A stretch of DNA of 64,000 bases from the NCBI GenBank assembly GCA_965222075.1, contig OZ244937.1, forward strand, positions 1,568,001 to 1,632,000, given 5' to 3'. The notes below the pieces were generated by a model. That model saw only the letters and a program-made list of their open reading frames with translations. It ran no database searches and was not told where the DNA came from. The stretch is from Candidatus Latescibacterota bacterium. GTDB taxonomy: Bacteria; Latescibacterota; UBA2968; GCA-2709665. Numbering within the stretch: position 1 is the stretch's first letter; the number at the start of each line of letters is the position of its first letter. Positions 1 through 10,149 of the stretch are shown here, one piece after another. A program made the position numbers and the translations under genes.

Positions 1-3000
1 ATAGTATTCGGTACCCACCAGCACCTCATCCTTTCCGTCTCCATCCAGGTCCACGGCCAGACACCCTGTAATACAGTGGTAGTGGGTCTCCGTCTGCCAC
101 TTCAGCGTCCCGTCCGCCTCGAACACGTGGAACAGCCACCCCTCGGCCCCGGCCAGCACCTGCACCTTTCCGTCCCCATCCAGATCGGCCGACGACACCG
201 TCATCAGCCGCTGCGGGCGCATGCCGCTTCCCGGCGGAAACGCGTGCTCCCAGCGCGTCTCGCCCCCGGCATCCAGCACGTGCAGCCAGCAATCCCCGGT
301 GCCAACAATCGCCTCAGAAGCATCGTCTCCATCGATATCCGCCAGGTGTACGGCGCGGACTTCACCCTTTGCCCTGAAAGACCACACCTCACGCCCGTCC
401 GGCCCGAGCAGGTGCACACCCCCCTCTGACGTGCCCACGAGCGTCCGCCCCGCCCCATCCGATGCCACCGCCGTCACACCTGCCTGCGCAGCGTCCTGCT
501 CTGCCTGCCCGCGCGCAGCGCGCAGGCGGGCAGGCAGGCCCGCCCCGGCGTCGAACGTCCATTCCGGCTCCAGCCCCTCTCCGGGCGTCGGTTCCTGATC
601 TTTGGACACACGACCTTCACCGTACGGAGACGTCTTCTCCAATACCCGGTCAAAGACCCCTTCGGCCCCGGGTGAGACCTCCAGACCGTGCCGGCCGGCC
701 GGAAGCGTGAACCACAGCAGCTTTCCCTCGCCGCCACCTGAAATCCGTTCCCCGTTCAGACTGACCACCTCCGCACGGATGCCCACGCGGGTCTCGCTTC
801 GCGCCTCGATAACGCCCTCTCCCTTCGCCAGATCCATCTCGACCGAGACCGGCGCCCAGCTCCGGAACAGCGGCCCCTCCCACGACAGCACGGTGCCTTC
901 CACCAGGGCAAACCCGTTCCTGTCGATCCGGAACAGCTTCCCCTCCACCTCCAGCGCTCCCGACCTGAACGGCCCGACCCCGGCCATCACCCCCTGATCG
1001 GTCTGTTGATCTGCCTGTGCGTGTGAAACGCAGGCTTGCCTGCGCGCAGCGCGCAAGCAGGCAGACAGGTCCCGGACCAGCACCACAGACGGCCCGACCC
1101 GCTCCAGGGCAAAGGCCTGATCCATCCCCGCATTGGACGGGTACAGCAGGTTCACGTACGCCGTCCGATCACCGGCATCCAGCGCAACCCGCTTCTTCTG
1201 GTGCCACATTCGCACCACCCCGTCCGCATGCTCGTAATTCTCCCAATTGGACTTCCAGTCCGGCGCAAAATCCGCCTCCCGATCCGTCAACGTCTTCTCG
1301 GAGCCGTCCGCATTCACAATGTGGAACCGCTCCCCGTCCTGCTCAAGGTGCAGTTCATTCCCGTCCACCTCCACCTGTCCCAGCACCCGCCAGATGCAAT
1401 CCAGCAGGAAATCTCCTTTCTCCCGTCCTTCCACCGTATCAACCACCAGAAAATACCGCCCCTTGCGCCAGAAGATGCTTCGCGCCCAGTCCGTCCCGTT
1501 ATCCCCCGGCGACACCGTCTGGCTGTACCCCCACCCCTCGAAATCCGCGATCGCCCTCAGCGCCACCTGTGTCGGCTTGGTATAACACGTCCCGTCCTTC
1601 ACAATCACCACCGAATTGTGATACCTCGCCAGGCGGCGGATATAATCCAGGTCCGCCAACCAGATCCGGTCGTTCCAGCAGAGGCGGATCACCGAATTGC
1701 CGTCCTCCTGGGAATGCGAAAAACCGGTCGGCCCATCAATCAGCAAATATTCGCTGCCCCTATCGAAGCTACGCCGGAACGCCAGCTTGTCGAACGCCTC
1801 CGACAGCGGCACCTCCGCCTCCAGCACCGGGTCCCCGTGATACTGTTCCGTATTCCGTGCCCGTTCCCTGACCAGCTCGTATGCCGCCCGGTCCAGCATC
1901 GACGCCCGCACACCCAGCAGCTCCGTCGGCTCTACCGGCGCCACATCCTTAAAGAAAAACCCGTCATAGACCTCCCACCCTCCAATCCCCCAGTTCGTCG
2001 CCCGCTGGAACGAGTCCTTCCACTCCCCCCCCTTCTCCATCCACTCATAAAGCCACCGATAGCGCCCGTCGTTGTAGAACCACGCCCCGATGGCGGCTGA
2101 CTGCAACCCACTCGGACGGCTCGACCGGGATGCTCGATAGGCCCCCACGTCGCCGTATGAACAGTCGTCCCCCCGGCTATCGATCGTCAACACCGCACTG
2201 TCCAGCAGGCGCGCCAGATGACCGTTCTCCAAGTAAGAAAGATCTCCGGTCATCATCCCGTACTTGATCAGGTGCCCCGGCGTAATCCAGACGTATCCCG
2301 TACCCGCATTGTCATTCGGCTTGTAGGATCGGGCATGCAGTTCCAGCGTCCGGTGCGCTAACGGCAGCTTCTCGTCAAAATCCGTCAACCCGTAATACTT
2401 TTTGAAATACCTCGCCCCCGTGAACAGGCTCAACGCCGCAAAGCTCTGGTGGTTCTGGTTCTGCACCACGTCGTCCACGGTTTTGTACCGGAAATGGGGC
2501 AACTCCGACGTCCACCGGATAATATTGTAAATCGCGTTCGTCATCTTCAGCCGGTCCGCATCGCTCAGCACCTCCCCCTCCTCCATCACATCCCACGCCG
2601 TCAGCATCCGGTAAATCCAAAAATAGAGATGCGTTCCCTGAGACAGGCACCAGTCTCCCACCTCGTGCGCCAGGTCAATAAAAAACAGAAACTCCTCCCG
2701 CAACATCCACCCCCACACCTCCTGACCCGACAGATAGTAGAGCATCGCGTGGTCCACCATCCGCCGAAGCGGCCCCTGGCTCCCCGAAAGCGCCACCTGC
2801 TCGTTGACCGTATCGATGGTCTCCCGGGCCTCCGCCTCCGTGGGCGGCGACTCCGGGTTATGACGGGACACCGACCGGTTGATCCGGCCGATGCGCGTCC
2901 CCTCGGCCTCCAGAATCCCCAGGAAACCATCCACCGCCCGGTCTACACCCTCCGGTGTGCTCCCTCCCAGAAGGACCACGTTCCGCCCCTTCCCGAAGGG

Positions 3001-3375
3001 ATTGTGAACCGTGCGCACCTCATATCCCTCCCCCCCGGGATAATACTCGTCCGTCCACGCGTAAAAATTCATCCCCAGGTGCCGGACCACTGCGTTGTTG
3101 AACACATTCCCCGCCGCCACAATGTGCGCAGCCTCCCAATCGCTCTCGCCGATCTCCGATGCAGGGCGCACCTCTGCTCCACTGCCCAGAGCCTGTGCAA
3201 TCCCCTGGCCGATTTTCTCTCCGGCCTCACCCTCCGGCGGCACGATCAGCACCTCTTTCGACAGATCCGTCTCCAGGCAGAGATCCTTCAGCTTCGGAAT
3301 CTCCTTATTCCGGATCTCAATATCGTACGACTCCTGCCGCCGTCTCCGGGCGCTGCGGCCTTCTGCTCCAGCCAT
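1..3375 (-). CDS. Heparinase II/III-like + FG-GAP/PQQ beta-propeller protein, paralog 1 (3' end runs off window; absent from ORF track)
   Basis: Manual translation of several segments, all in one frame from ATG 3375: MAGAEG...LKDLCLET...GNVFNN...DEYYPGGEGYEVRTVHNPFGKGRNVVLLGGS...QNQNHQ...GFSHSQEDGNS...LAVDLDGDGKDEVLVG. Same motifs as 15091-18786 and 50036-53773. Confidence 0.85.
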   Translation of the reverse strand, partial: MAGAEGRSARRRRQESYDIEIRNKEIPKLKDLCLETDLSKEVLIVPPEGEAGEKIGQGIAQALGSGAEVRPASEIGESDWEAAHIVAAGNVFNNAVVRHLGMNFYAWTDEYYPGGEGYEVRTVHNPFGKGRNVVLLGGSTPEGVDRAVDGFLGILEAEGTRIGRINRSVSRHNPESPPTEAEARETIDTVNEQVALSGSQGPLRRMVDHAMLYYLSGQEVWGWMLREEFLFFIDLAHEVGDWCLSQGTHLYFWIYRMLTAWDVMEEGEVLSDADRLKMTNAIYNIIRWTSELPHFRYKTVDDVVQNQNHQSFAALSLFTGARYFKKYYGLTDFDEKLPLAHRTLELHARSYKPNDNAGTGYVWITPGHLIKYGMMTGDLSYLENGHLARLLDSAVLTIDSRGDDCSYGDVGAYRASRSSRPSGLQSAAIGAWFYNDGRYRWLYEWMEKGGEWKDSFQRATNWGIGGWEVYDGFFFKDVAPVEPTELLGVRASMLDRAAYELVRERARNTEQYHGDPVLEAEVPLSEAFDKLAFRRSFDRGSEYLLIDGPTGFSHSQEDGNSVIRLCWNDRIWLADLDYIRRLARYHNSVVIVKDGTCYTKPTQVALRAIADFEGWGYSQTVSPGDNGTDWARSIFWRKGRYFLVVDTVEGREKGDFLLDCIWRVLGQVEVDGNELHLEQDGERFHIVNADGSEKTLTDREADFAPDWKSNWENYEHADGVVRMWHQKKRVALDAGDRTAYVNLLYPSNAGMDQAFALERVGPSVVLVRDLSACLRAARRQACVSHAQADQQTDQGVMAGVGPFRSGALEVEGKLFRIDRNGFALVEGTVLSWEGPLFRSWAPVSVEMDLAKGEGVIEARSETRVGIRAEVVSLNGERISGGGEGKLLWFTLPAGRHGLEVSPGAEGVFDRVLEKTSPYGEGRVSKDQEPTPGEGLEPEWTFDAGAGLPARLRAARGQAEQDAAQAGVTAVASDGAGRTLVGTSEGGVHLLGPDGREVWSFRAKGEVRAVHLADIDGDDASEAIVGTGDCWLHVLDAGGETRWEHAFPPGSGMRPQRLMTVSSADLDGDGKVQVLAGAEGWLFHVFEADGTLKWQTETHYHCITGCLAVDLDGDGKDEVLVGTEYY
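479..538. mobile_element. Nested palindromic mini-insertion (33-nt outer + 27-nt inner at 504-530), in frame
   Basis: Outer cctgcctgcgcagcgtcctgctctgcaggcagg matches 31708-31740 at 31/33. Removal gives WTFDAGAGVTAV, matching paralog WTYDAGSGVRC. Confidence 0.8.
1010..1069. mobile_element. Nested palindromic mini-insertion (33-nt outer + 27-nt inner at 1035-1061), in frame
   Basis: Inner cttgcctgcgcgcagcgcgcaagcagg is the exact reverse complement of the outer unit at 29996-30049. Adds 20 codons; flanks read GA^TC. Confidence 0.8.
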
Positions 3376-3425
3376 TGTTCCCCCTCATGTCAAGGCATTA
3401 TGTGAACTGAAACAATTCGAATGGG

Positions 3426-5831
3426 TCACAGGGCTTCAATTACCGTCCCCGCCGCCACAAAGGTCTCTTTCACCTCTCCTCGAGTGTCAAACGTCGCCGC
3501 GCCAACCTCGCCGTCGGTCCTCAGCCCTGCACCGGACAGGACCCTGCCCGCCGTTGGCTGCAGGAGCACACCCACGCGGCCACCGGCCAGCGGAATCGTG
3601 ACCCCATACCCGCCGTCAATTTCTTCCAATTGTGCTTCGCCGTCCAGCGTTTCGCCGGACCGATGCGGCCTCAGGACCGTCACGAACGTCTGTTGCCGGA
3701 CAGACGACGAGGGTGTTGCCGTCAGATGATACTCGACGAGCTGGATTCGCGGCCGGGGCGGCGGATCGAACCGGTCGGTCTGGCTCAGTTCCAGACCGTC
3801 CGGCCACAAAAATGACACCCGGCAGCTTGCGCCGCCGTTGACCACCCGCACATCCCGCTGGTGCCGGACAGCCATCTCCACAGGTGCGTGCAGCCGCCAC
3901 TCGAATCTCGTGGGTTCGGGCGCGAGCAGCGTATCGAAGATGACAATCGCTTCGGGTTTGACAAACAGAATACGGCGGGTAAATCGGTCCAGTTTCCCCG
4001 CGTAGGCCGGTGCCGCCTCTCCGGCCACATAGTCGAAACCCGCCGACGTGTGGAAATCCAGTATTTCTCCCACCGCCTCCCGGGAGTTCGGTAGCTGCCC
4101 TTCACCATTGACCGTAATGGAGTTCACCGATTTCGTATGATGCATCCACTGTCTGTGATGTGCGCTCCCGTGGACATCGCGGCGCCCCGAGCGAATCAAC
4201 AACCGCTCTCCAAAGGCGTAAAGCAGGAACGAATTCTGGGCCTCGTACCCGTGGCTCTGGGACCCGAACGGACTGCTCTTGAAAATCACCTCCACATTGT
4301 TGTGGGCATCCTCCAGATCGGTATTGAACACGGCCTGGCCTGTACCCTGGAAACAGCGCGATGTGGGCAAATCGACCGGCCGCTTCGCCTCTACCCCGGG
4401 CAGAGCACCCCGAACAAAGCCGATATACCCCGGCTCGGAAGGCGGCGCACCGTGCGACGCTACATACCACTGCCAATAGGGATTCTGTGCGCGGGCGGCG
4501 AAAAGGGCCATCACGCCGCAGTTGTTCCTTGATTCGAGGCGGGCCGTCAGATCCCCGAAGCCGCCGCCCCGCGTGCCCGGGGGCTGGAGGTAGATCGGAT
4601 AGTAGCCAACTTTGGAGAAGTAAGGCTTATCGAAGGCATTGATGCCCATTGCCTGCTGCATCACATCCGACCACCAGGTAAATCGCTGGATGTAACTCCG
4701 CCAGTAGGACATGCCCTGGTGCCAGCCTCCGTCGTCATCGCTCCACACCGGATAGGTGTTGGCGAACACATTCGCGGCGAACCACACCCAGTCCGCGGCC
4801 TCCGGAATCTCGTCCAGAAATGCAACGCCCACCTCCCCCAGAAAATGCCATGACCGGGTATCGTGACTCCCGTACGGATGCCACAGGAACCGGGGGCAGA
4901 GATGCTCGTACATCTCCTTACCCCGAATTCTCATCACCCTGCGGCACTGCTCGCGCTCGGCCTCCGTCAGCAGATCGTTGACAAAGCTGTACGTCCGGGA
5001 GAAATAATACGCGTAGGGCATACCGGCCTCGTCATTGTACCGAAACCCCGTAGCCCCTTTCGGGTCCCACGCAGCACAGGCCATCAGCAGTTCCCGGGCG
5101 AGTTGGCCGTACTCCTCCCGCCCCCCCACAAGCCGGGTGAACGCCAGCGTCGCCGCACCGTTCAGGACAGCGATGGTATACTCCCGATTTGGCCACCAGA
5201 TCTCTCGCCACGCTTCGCTGAGCCGCACCGTACCTTCAGGATAAAGCGGCGGCTCCTCCGTAGGCGGCGGATCTCTGAGCAGCTTCTCCGATGCGGCCAC
5301 CAGATCCTCATACTGAACCGCCAGGTCTGTTTTCGCACGCCGCCGAAGTTCCGGCAGCTGTTCCGGCCGCACAAACAGCCGGGGATGACCCTGCGGAATA
5401 CGCGCCAGCAGGTCGCTGCGCGAAGGCAGCGGAAGCGCGTTTGCACCCTCCGCAACGGTAAACATCCGCCCCTTGCTCCATTCGGACGCTACACCCGCCT
5501 GATTGTAAAAGCGGAATCGCCAGAACCAGCGGCCTGGCGACAGCGTACGGGGTGGACAGTGAACGTTAAACGTCACACCCCTCGCCTCGTACTCCACCTC
5601 TCCAAAGCCGCTATCGCGTGTGCACTGCAGGTCGTAGCTCGCAGCGCCCTCCTGCGGCCGCCACGAAAACCCCGGAGGCGTCACCTGAGACACGCTCCCT
5701 TCCGCTGGACGAAAGCCCCACTCACCCGGCTGCACCGGCGTCTCATCAATTTCGGGCCGCTCCGCTGCCCCCGTCTGTGACGCCACCATCAGCAGCACCA
5801 GCGCTCCGATAACAACCCCAATCGCAGTCAT
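3426..5831 (-). CDS. Secreted DUF4962 + heparinase II/III-like (oligo)saccharide lyase
   Basis: Signal-like N-terminus after AAAGGAG RBS; PPGFSW, HPRLF, DDGGWHQGMSYW, GFGD, SHGYEAQNSF motifs. Confidence 0.8.
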   Translation of the reverse strand: MTAIGVVIGALVLLMVASQTGAAERPEIDETPVQPGEWGFRPAEGSVSQVTPPGFSWRPQEGAASYDLQCTRDSGFGEVEYEARGVTFNVHCPPRTLSPGRWFWRFRFYNQAGVASEWSKGRMFTVAEGANALPLPSRSDLLARIPQGHPRLFVRPEQLPELRRRAKTDLAVQYEDLVAASEKLLRDPPPTEEPPLYPEGTVRLSEAWREIWWPNREYTIAVLNGAATLAFTRLVGGREEYGQLARELLMACAAWDPKGATGFRYNDEAGMPYAYYFSRTYSFVNDLLTEAEREQCRRVMRIRGKEMYEHLCPRFLWHPYGSHDTRSWHFLGEVGVAFLDEIPEAADWVWFAANVFANTYPVWSDDDGGWHQGMSYWRSYIQRFTWWSDVMQQAMGINAFDKPYFSKVGYYPIYLQPPGTRGGGFGDLTARLESRNNCGVMALFAARAQNPYWQWYVASHGAPPSEPGYIGFVRGALPGVEAKRPVDLPTSRCFQGTGQAVFNTDLEDAHNNVEVIFKSSPFGSQSHGYEAQNSFLLYAFGERLLIRSGRRDVHGSAHHRQWMHHTKSVNSITVNGEGQLPNSREAVGEILDFHTSAGFDYVAGEAAPAYAGKLDRFTRRILFVKPEAIVIFDTLLAPEPTRFEWRLHAPVEMAVRHQRDVRVVNGGASCRVSFLWPDGLELSQTDRFDPPPRPRIQLVEYHLTATPSSSVRQQTFVTVLRPHRSGETLDGEAQLEEIDGGYGVTIPLAGGRVGVLLQPTAGRVLSGAGLRTDGEVGAATFDTRGEVKETFVAAGTVIEAL

Positions 5832-5875
5832 CTCGTTGCTCCTTTCGAACGCCCTCGCATCTGCGATCGGCAGTC

Positions 5876-6094
5876 CTACGAAGCCCACTTCATCTGTAAT
5901 TTACGTTTATGAACTGCACAATCCCGAAGGTACAGATTGATCAGGCTCTGGTAGGGAATGCCTGTTTCCTCCGCCATAGACTTGAAATAGGCGACCGTGT
6001 CACGGTCAAGCCGCATCGTGACTGGCTGCTTAAGGTATTTGGTGTAGGGATTCTTACGTCCCTTCATCTTCGAGAATTCATAATGGTCTCTCAT
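5876..6094 (-). CDS. BrnA-type (CopG/RHH) antitoxin
   Basis: MRDHYEFS...NPY...VTMRLD...YFK..AEETGIPYQSLINLYL, typical of BrnA-like antitoxins. Confidence 0.85.
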   Translation of the reverse strand: MRDHYEFSKMKGRKNPYTKYLKQPVTMRLDRDTVAYFKSMAEETGIPYQSLINLYLRDCAVHKRKLQMKWAS

Positions 6095-7182
6095 GATCTT
6101 CGCCTCCAGTAGTCACGTTCCTCAGTGCTGTAATATCTCGGGTTTGTCACCGTCAAAGAGGTATCCTCCAGCGGCAAAGTGACTTTCGCTCCCCCCTCCT
6201 GGTGAGAAATGTGGAAAGCCAGCGCAACTTCCAGCGCCTTGCGTCCGTCCTGTCCGGTGCAGGAAGGCGCTTTATCCTGCTCGATGCACTCAACCAGCTC
6301 CTCAATCGCCTTTACAACCCCACTTCTCGCTTCGATATTCTGAGGGACCTTTCGCCCGACCAGCGCACTCCCTTCATAGACCCCTTCCTCCACCGTCCAC
6401 AGCTCGTCCACATTGTATCCGACCCGGATCCTCCCCTTCGTACCGACCAGATCGAACTCGAACCCCACCGGACATCCCGTCACCGCATTGACAAAGGCGT
6501 GCATCCCGTTTTGAAACTGAAGGTAGCCGCTGCCTCCCGGGTCCTCATGGCTCTCCCGGCTGCCGTCCAGCTGGCCGAACACCCACGCCACCTCGTCGCC
6601 CGACCAGAACCGCATCAGATCGAACATGTGCGATGCCTCGTGCACCAGTTCGGGTCCCATATTGCCCGCAATGCTGATCAACTCCCCGATCGTGCCCCCT
6701 GCAACCAGCTCTTTCACCCGGACCATCAGGGGATCCCACCGGTTGTGGTAAAGCACCGACAGCGTGGTTCCCGCCTCTCGGCAGGCTTCGATCATGCGGT
6801 CTGCATCCGGCAGGCTGGTTGCCATCGCCTTCTCGCACAGAACCGCTTTCACGCCTGCTTCGGCGGCCGCCACCGTCATCTCGCTGTGCAGGTGCGCGTG
6901 CGTCGCCACACTCACGATATCCAGGTCCTCCACCTCCAGCATGTCGCGGTAATCGGCGTAGAGGCGGTCGACTCCCCAGCGCGCCGAAAAATCCTCCAGC
7001 CTGTCCCCGTTGATATCCGCAGCCGCCACCACCCCGGTCCTGCCCACCTGCCGGTAGGCGCCCGCCAGAACAACGGGCTGGGGCACCCGCCCCGCCTGGT
7101 TGCTCTTCTCCTCATCCATCGTACTCGCCATACGCCCGCAGCCGATGATTCCGACGCGATACATCTTTTTGTCCTCTGCCAA
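6091..7182 (-). CDS. Gfo/Idh/MocA family oxidoreductase
   Basis: VGIIGCG, DIVSVAT..H.H, VLCEKAMA motifs. Start is TTG 7182 or ATG 7164. Confidence 0.9.
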   Translation of the reverse strand: MAEDKKMYRVGIIGCGRMASTMDEEKSNQAGRVPQPVVLAGAYRQVGRTGVVAAADINGDRLEDFSARWGVDRLYADYRDMLEVEDLDIVSVATHAHLHSEMTVAAAEAGVKAVLCEKAMATSLPDADRMIEACREAGTTLSVLYHNRWDPLMVRVKELVAGGTIGELISIAGNMGPELVHEASHMFDLMRFWSGDEVAWVFGQLDGSRESHEDPGGSGYLQFQNGMHAFVNAVTGCPVGFEFDLVGTKGRIRVGYNVDELWTVEEGVYEGSALVGRKVPQNIEARSGVVKAIEELVECIEQDKAPSCTGQDGRKALEVALAFHISHQEGGAKVTLPLEDTSLTVTNPRYYSTEERDYWRRRS

Positions 7183-7196
7183 CTCCTTCTCCTTTC

Positions 7197-8168
7197 TTAG
7201 ATGACCCGGCACTCCAGGTCTGTCGCCATGGCCGCTGCCGGAGTATGGTGGTGATCCATCGGCGGGGTAATCAGATAGTGGGCATAAAGAATACAGGGCT
7301 GCCTCCCGAACGGAAAAATCGCCCGGAATCGCCCATCCGGTTCGACTTCGTAGCGAACGGCCCCTGTCTCAGACCAGGCCCCTGCGGCCGCCACATCCAC
7401 AGTCGACGTATTGTCTGTCACCACAGCCCAGCTTGTGGCCTCACCATCGGCCCGCTCCCGCGCCCCGAACGCAGTGGAAACAGGTGCTTCCGGAAGGTAG
7501 AAATCACTCTCTGCGATAACCGAGGCGATCTGCGATACGTCTCCCGACACGACCTCGTGTTCGGCGCGGAACCAGGACACCCCCGAGAAAAAGGTCATCC
7601 GGACGACAAACCCGTACCCGCCGGCGTAGGCCCCTTCCACGCGCAGCCGGGCCGAACGAGGGCCGCGCGTCTCAGCTTCGATCCGGACCTCCCCCTCCGT
7701 GACCAGCGTCCGACCGTCCTTCAGGACGAGCGCCATCCCGCGCGCTCCCGTCCGCAAAAACTGCCTGGCGTCAAAAATAACCTGGTCCACAAGGTTGAAC
7801 CCACGCCGCCGAATCCGGTAGATCACCGGCCCCTGCTGCACCTCAACCGGATCTTCCTCCGCCCGGACCTGGATGGGGTTGTGCTGCGCCACAGAGGGCG
7901 CTGCGCCCTCCCCGTACTCAAACTTAAAAACCCCTTCCCCATTCGCCTGCACGCGCGCCGGAAAACCAACGTCCGCCACCCGGATGCTGCCATCCTCCCA
8001 CACCTGCACAACGTCCACCTGAACCGGTCTTTCCTCACCTTCCGGATCGAACAGACGAGCCGGATCTTCCACGCGGAACGTCCCGGAGTCGAACGCGATG
8101 GTCACCGTTGTGGGGAAAGCCCCCCTGCGGTACCCATCTCCCTCCACAACCCGGATCTCTCGATGCAT
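7197..8168 (-). CDS. Hypothetical protein, possibly resembling the N-terminal region of PcRGLX/YetA-like exo-lyases
   Basis: 323-aa ORF in the operon; PVQVDVVQVWEDGSIR and ETRGPRSARLRVEG segments. Confidence 0.5.
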   Translation of the reverse strand: MHREIRVVEGDGYRRGAFPTTVTIAFDSGTFRVEDPARLFDPEGEERPVQVDVVQVWEDGSIRVADVGFPARVQANGEGVFKFEYGEGAAPSVAQHNPIQVRAEEDPVEVQQGPVIYRIRRRGFNLVDQVIFDARQFLRTGARGMALVLKDGRTLVTEGEVRIEAETRGPRSARLRVEGAYAGGYGFVVRMTFFSGVSWFRAEHEVVSGDVSQIASVIAESDFYLPEAPVSTAFGARERADGEATSWAVVTDNTSTVDVAAAGAWSETGAVRYEVEPDGRFRAIFPFGRQPCILYAHYLITPPMDHHHTPAAAMATDLECRVI

Positions 8169-8189
8169 CGACCTCTCCCTCCTTCATCT

Positions 8190-9194
8190 TCAGCCTGTCC
8201 CCTGCACCCCAATCCAATTTCCCCCGGCGCTGGACGCAACAACGGCGTCCAGGATCCGGAGCACGCGCAGGCCGTCCGAGACCGGTATAGGCGAAGGGGT
8301 GCCCGAGGTGGCCGCCTCTACAAATGCGACCATCTCCCGATAGCACATCTCTGCGAGACTGTCGCCGGGGATGCGCAGAACCGTGGGATGCGCATATTCG
8401 GGGATAACCCGGCTCTGCACGGTTACGACATCGCCGTACCAGTCTCCCCTCACGCGTCCCCTGGTTCCGAACACGTCCACGAAATCGTAGCCGACCCCTG
8501 AAGCCTGAGACACCGTGAACGTGGCCACAGCCCCCTGTTTCAGGCTCACCGTGTAGGCCGACGTCTCATCCGTCCCTCCGGCGTTCCACCGGACAGATGC
8601 GGAAACCGCTTCGGCATCGTCCCCCGTCATCCAGAGCACCTGGTCGGTCAGGTGAGACCCCAGAAAGAGGAGTTGGCCTCCCCCTTCCGCGTGGGGTCCC
8701 GCGAGCCATCCCCCCAGGGGGCCGCCCCCCTTACCGGCCACCACAAAGCTGATGTCTCCCACCGCCCCCCGGTCCAGCAGAGACTTGATAAACATCCGGC
8801 TGAGGGAGTAGCGCATACAGTAGCCGACCATCGCCACAACACCCTGCTGCCGGGCGGCCTCCACCACCTCGGCGCCCTCCGCCGCATTGAGGCCCATCGG
8901 CTTTTCGATAAACACGTGTTTGCCCGCGCCGATGGCGGACAGCGTCACCGGCTTGAGGTAGCGGTGTGGGACAGACACGATGATCGCGTCCACCCCCCCT
9001 CCGGCAAGAAGCTCTTCAGCGCCGCCGTAAACCTTCTCCACCTGAAACTCGTCGGCGACCTGTCGCGCCCTATCTGCATCAACATCCGCACAAGATACCA
9101 GACGCGCAGATGCGATGCGGGCAACGGCCGGGGCGAGATTTCTGCGAGTCTGTCCTCCGCACCCAACAAGCCCCACACTCAGAATCCTGGACAT
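8190..9194 (-). CDS. Gfo/Idh/MocA family oxidoreductase
   Basis: VGLVGCG, GKHVFIEKPM, GGQLLFLGSHLTD. Confidence 0.92.
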   Translation of the reverse strand: MSRILSVGLVGCGGQTRRNLAPAVARIASARLVSCADVDADRARQVADEFQVEKVYGGAEELLAGGGVDAIIVSVPHRYLKPVTLSAIGAGKHVFIEKPMGLNAAEGAEVVEAARQQGVVAMVGYCMRYSLSRMFIKSLLDRGAVGDISFVVAGKGGGPLGGWLAGPHAEGGGQLLFLGSHLTDQVLWMTGDDAEAVSASVRWNAGGTDETSAYTVSLKQGAVATFTVSQASGVGYDFVDVFGTRGRVRGDWYGDVVTVQSRVIPEYAHPTVLRIPGDSLAEMCYREMVAFVEAATSGTPSPIPVSDGLRVLRILDAVVASSAGGNWIGVQGTG

Positions 9195-9550
9195 AAGAAC
9201 CTCCTGAAATGATACGGGCGGACCACATACATCTTACGCATCAATCGTCCACTTTACCAGTCCCACATCCCGGGGGCCGTATTGTCCGGGTTCATAGCCC
9301 TCTCCCCCTCTTGTTGGCGATTATTAGCATCCGTCATGCCGTAGGTCGGTCAATATTGAGCCGTCCGGGAGCAGAAGAGACGAAGTCGTGTGGCTACCCG
9401 CCTGCCAGGTAAAACCCGCCCGATGAGAAGCTGTAAGAGTTTGCCGCCATTATCTTGAAAAATATCGTTAATCGACGCCATGGTATCAACTTCTGAATTT
9501 CTCTATCCGGGTGTTGCCGCATCATATTCACCTCAGGTAGGGGAGTAAGC

Positions 9551-9685
9551 ATGCAGAAAAAAAAGGCGTGTGTCCCAACTTATTTTACTGAACTGGGGGC
9601 TGCATATTGTGGAGATTCACGGGAGCTCCTGTCAGAGCTTCCTGATAACAGCGTAAATCTTGTTGTGACCAGTCCTCCTTTTGCG
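9551..9685 (+). pseudogene. 5' fragment of an N4/N6 DNA methyltransferase
   Basis: GAAYCGDSRELLSELPDNSVNLVVTSPPFA, after which similarity stops. Confidence 0.7.
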
Positions 9686-9979
9686 TGCACGGTAATACTC
9701 GGGATCGCTCCAGGTGGCGCTTCTCCGTCGTCGATTGAACAATACCATCGCATAGTGGATAAAAGGACTGCCCGCATAATCGCAACTCAGCAACATCAGC
9801 ACCCGATCCTTCTCCGGCATATACACGACATGGGGTATAGCCACGACCCGGTTCCAGCTTTCGGTCAATATTTGCAATTGCGCGGGCAATTCTATCCGGG
9901 CCGCGTCCTTATTGAGTCGAACCACCCTGTGTGCTTTCCATCTTGAGAGGATACTACCTTGTACTGATGGCATGTCCAT
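9686..9979 (-). pseudogene. 5' fragment of a BNR/sialidase-like protein
   Basis: Ends in a garbled Asp-box-like segment (..ATWSDP) at the junction with the MTase fragment. Confidence 0.45.
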
Positions 9980-10091
9980 GTCGCACCCTTTTTTCTGTCA
10001 AATTTTCAGTGTCGTTCTCCGGGTTGCCTTCTTCACACTTATCCCTTTTACAGAAATATACGGACTTAATCCTTTTTTGCCTAAGAAAGCC

Positions 10092-10132
10092 TTGACAAAA
10101 CACATTCCATCTGTTATACTAAAATATAACAG
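10092..10132 (+). promoter_or_regulatory. Sigma70 promoter with overlapping GntR/YtrA-like operator
   Basis: TTGACA(10092-97)-N17-TATACT(10115-20); inverted repeat CTGTTATA-N6-TATAACAG at 10111-10132. Confidence 0.75.
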
Positions 10133-10149
10133 TTAGCCCGGGAGGAATC

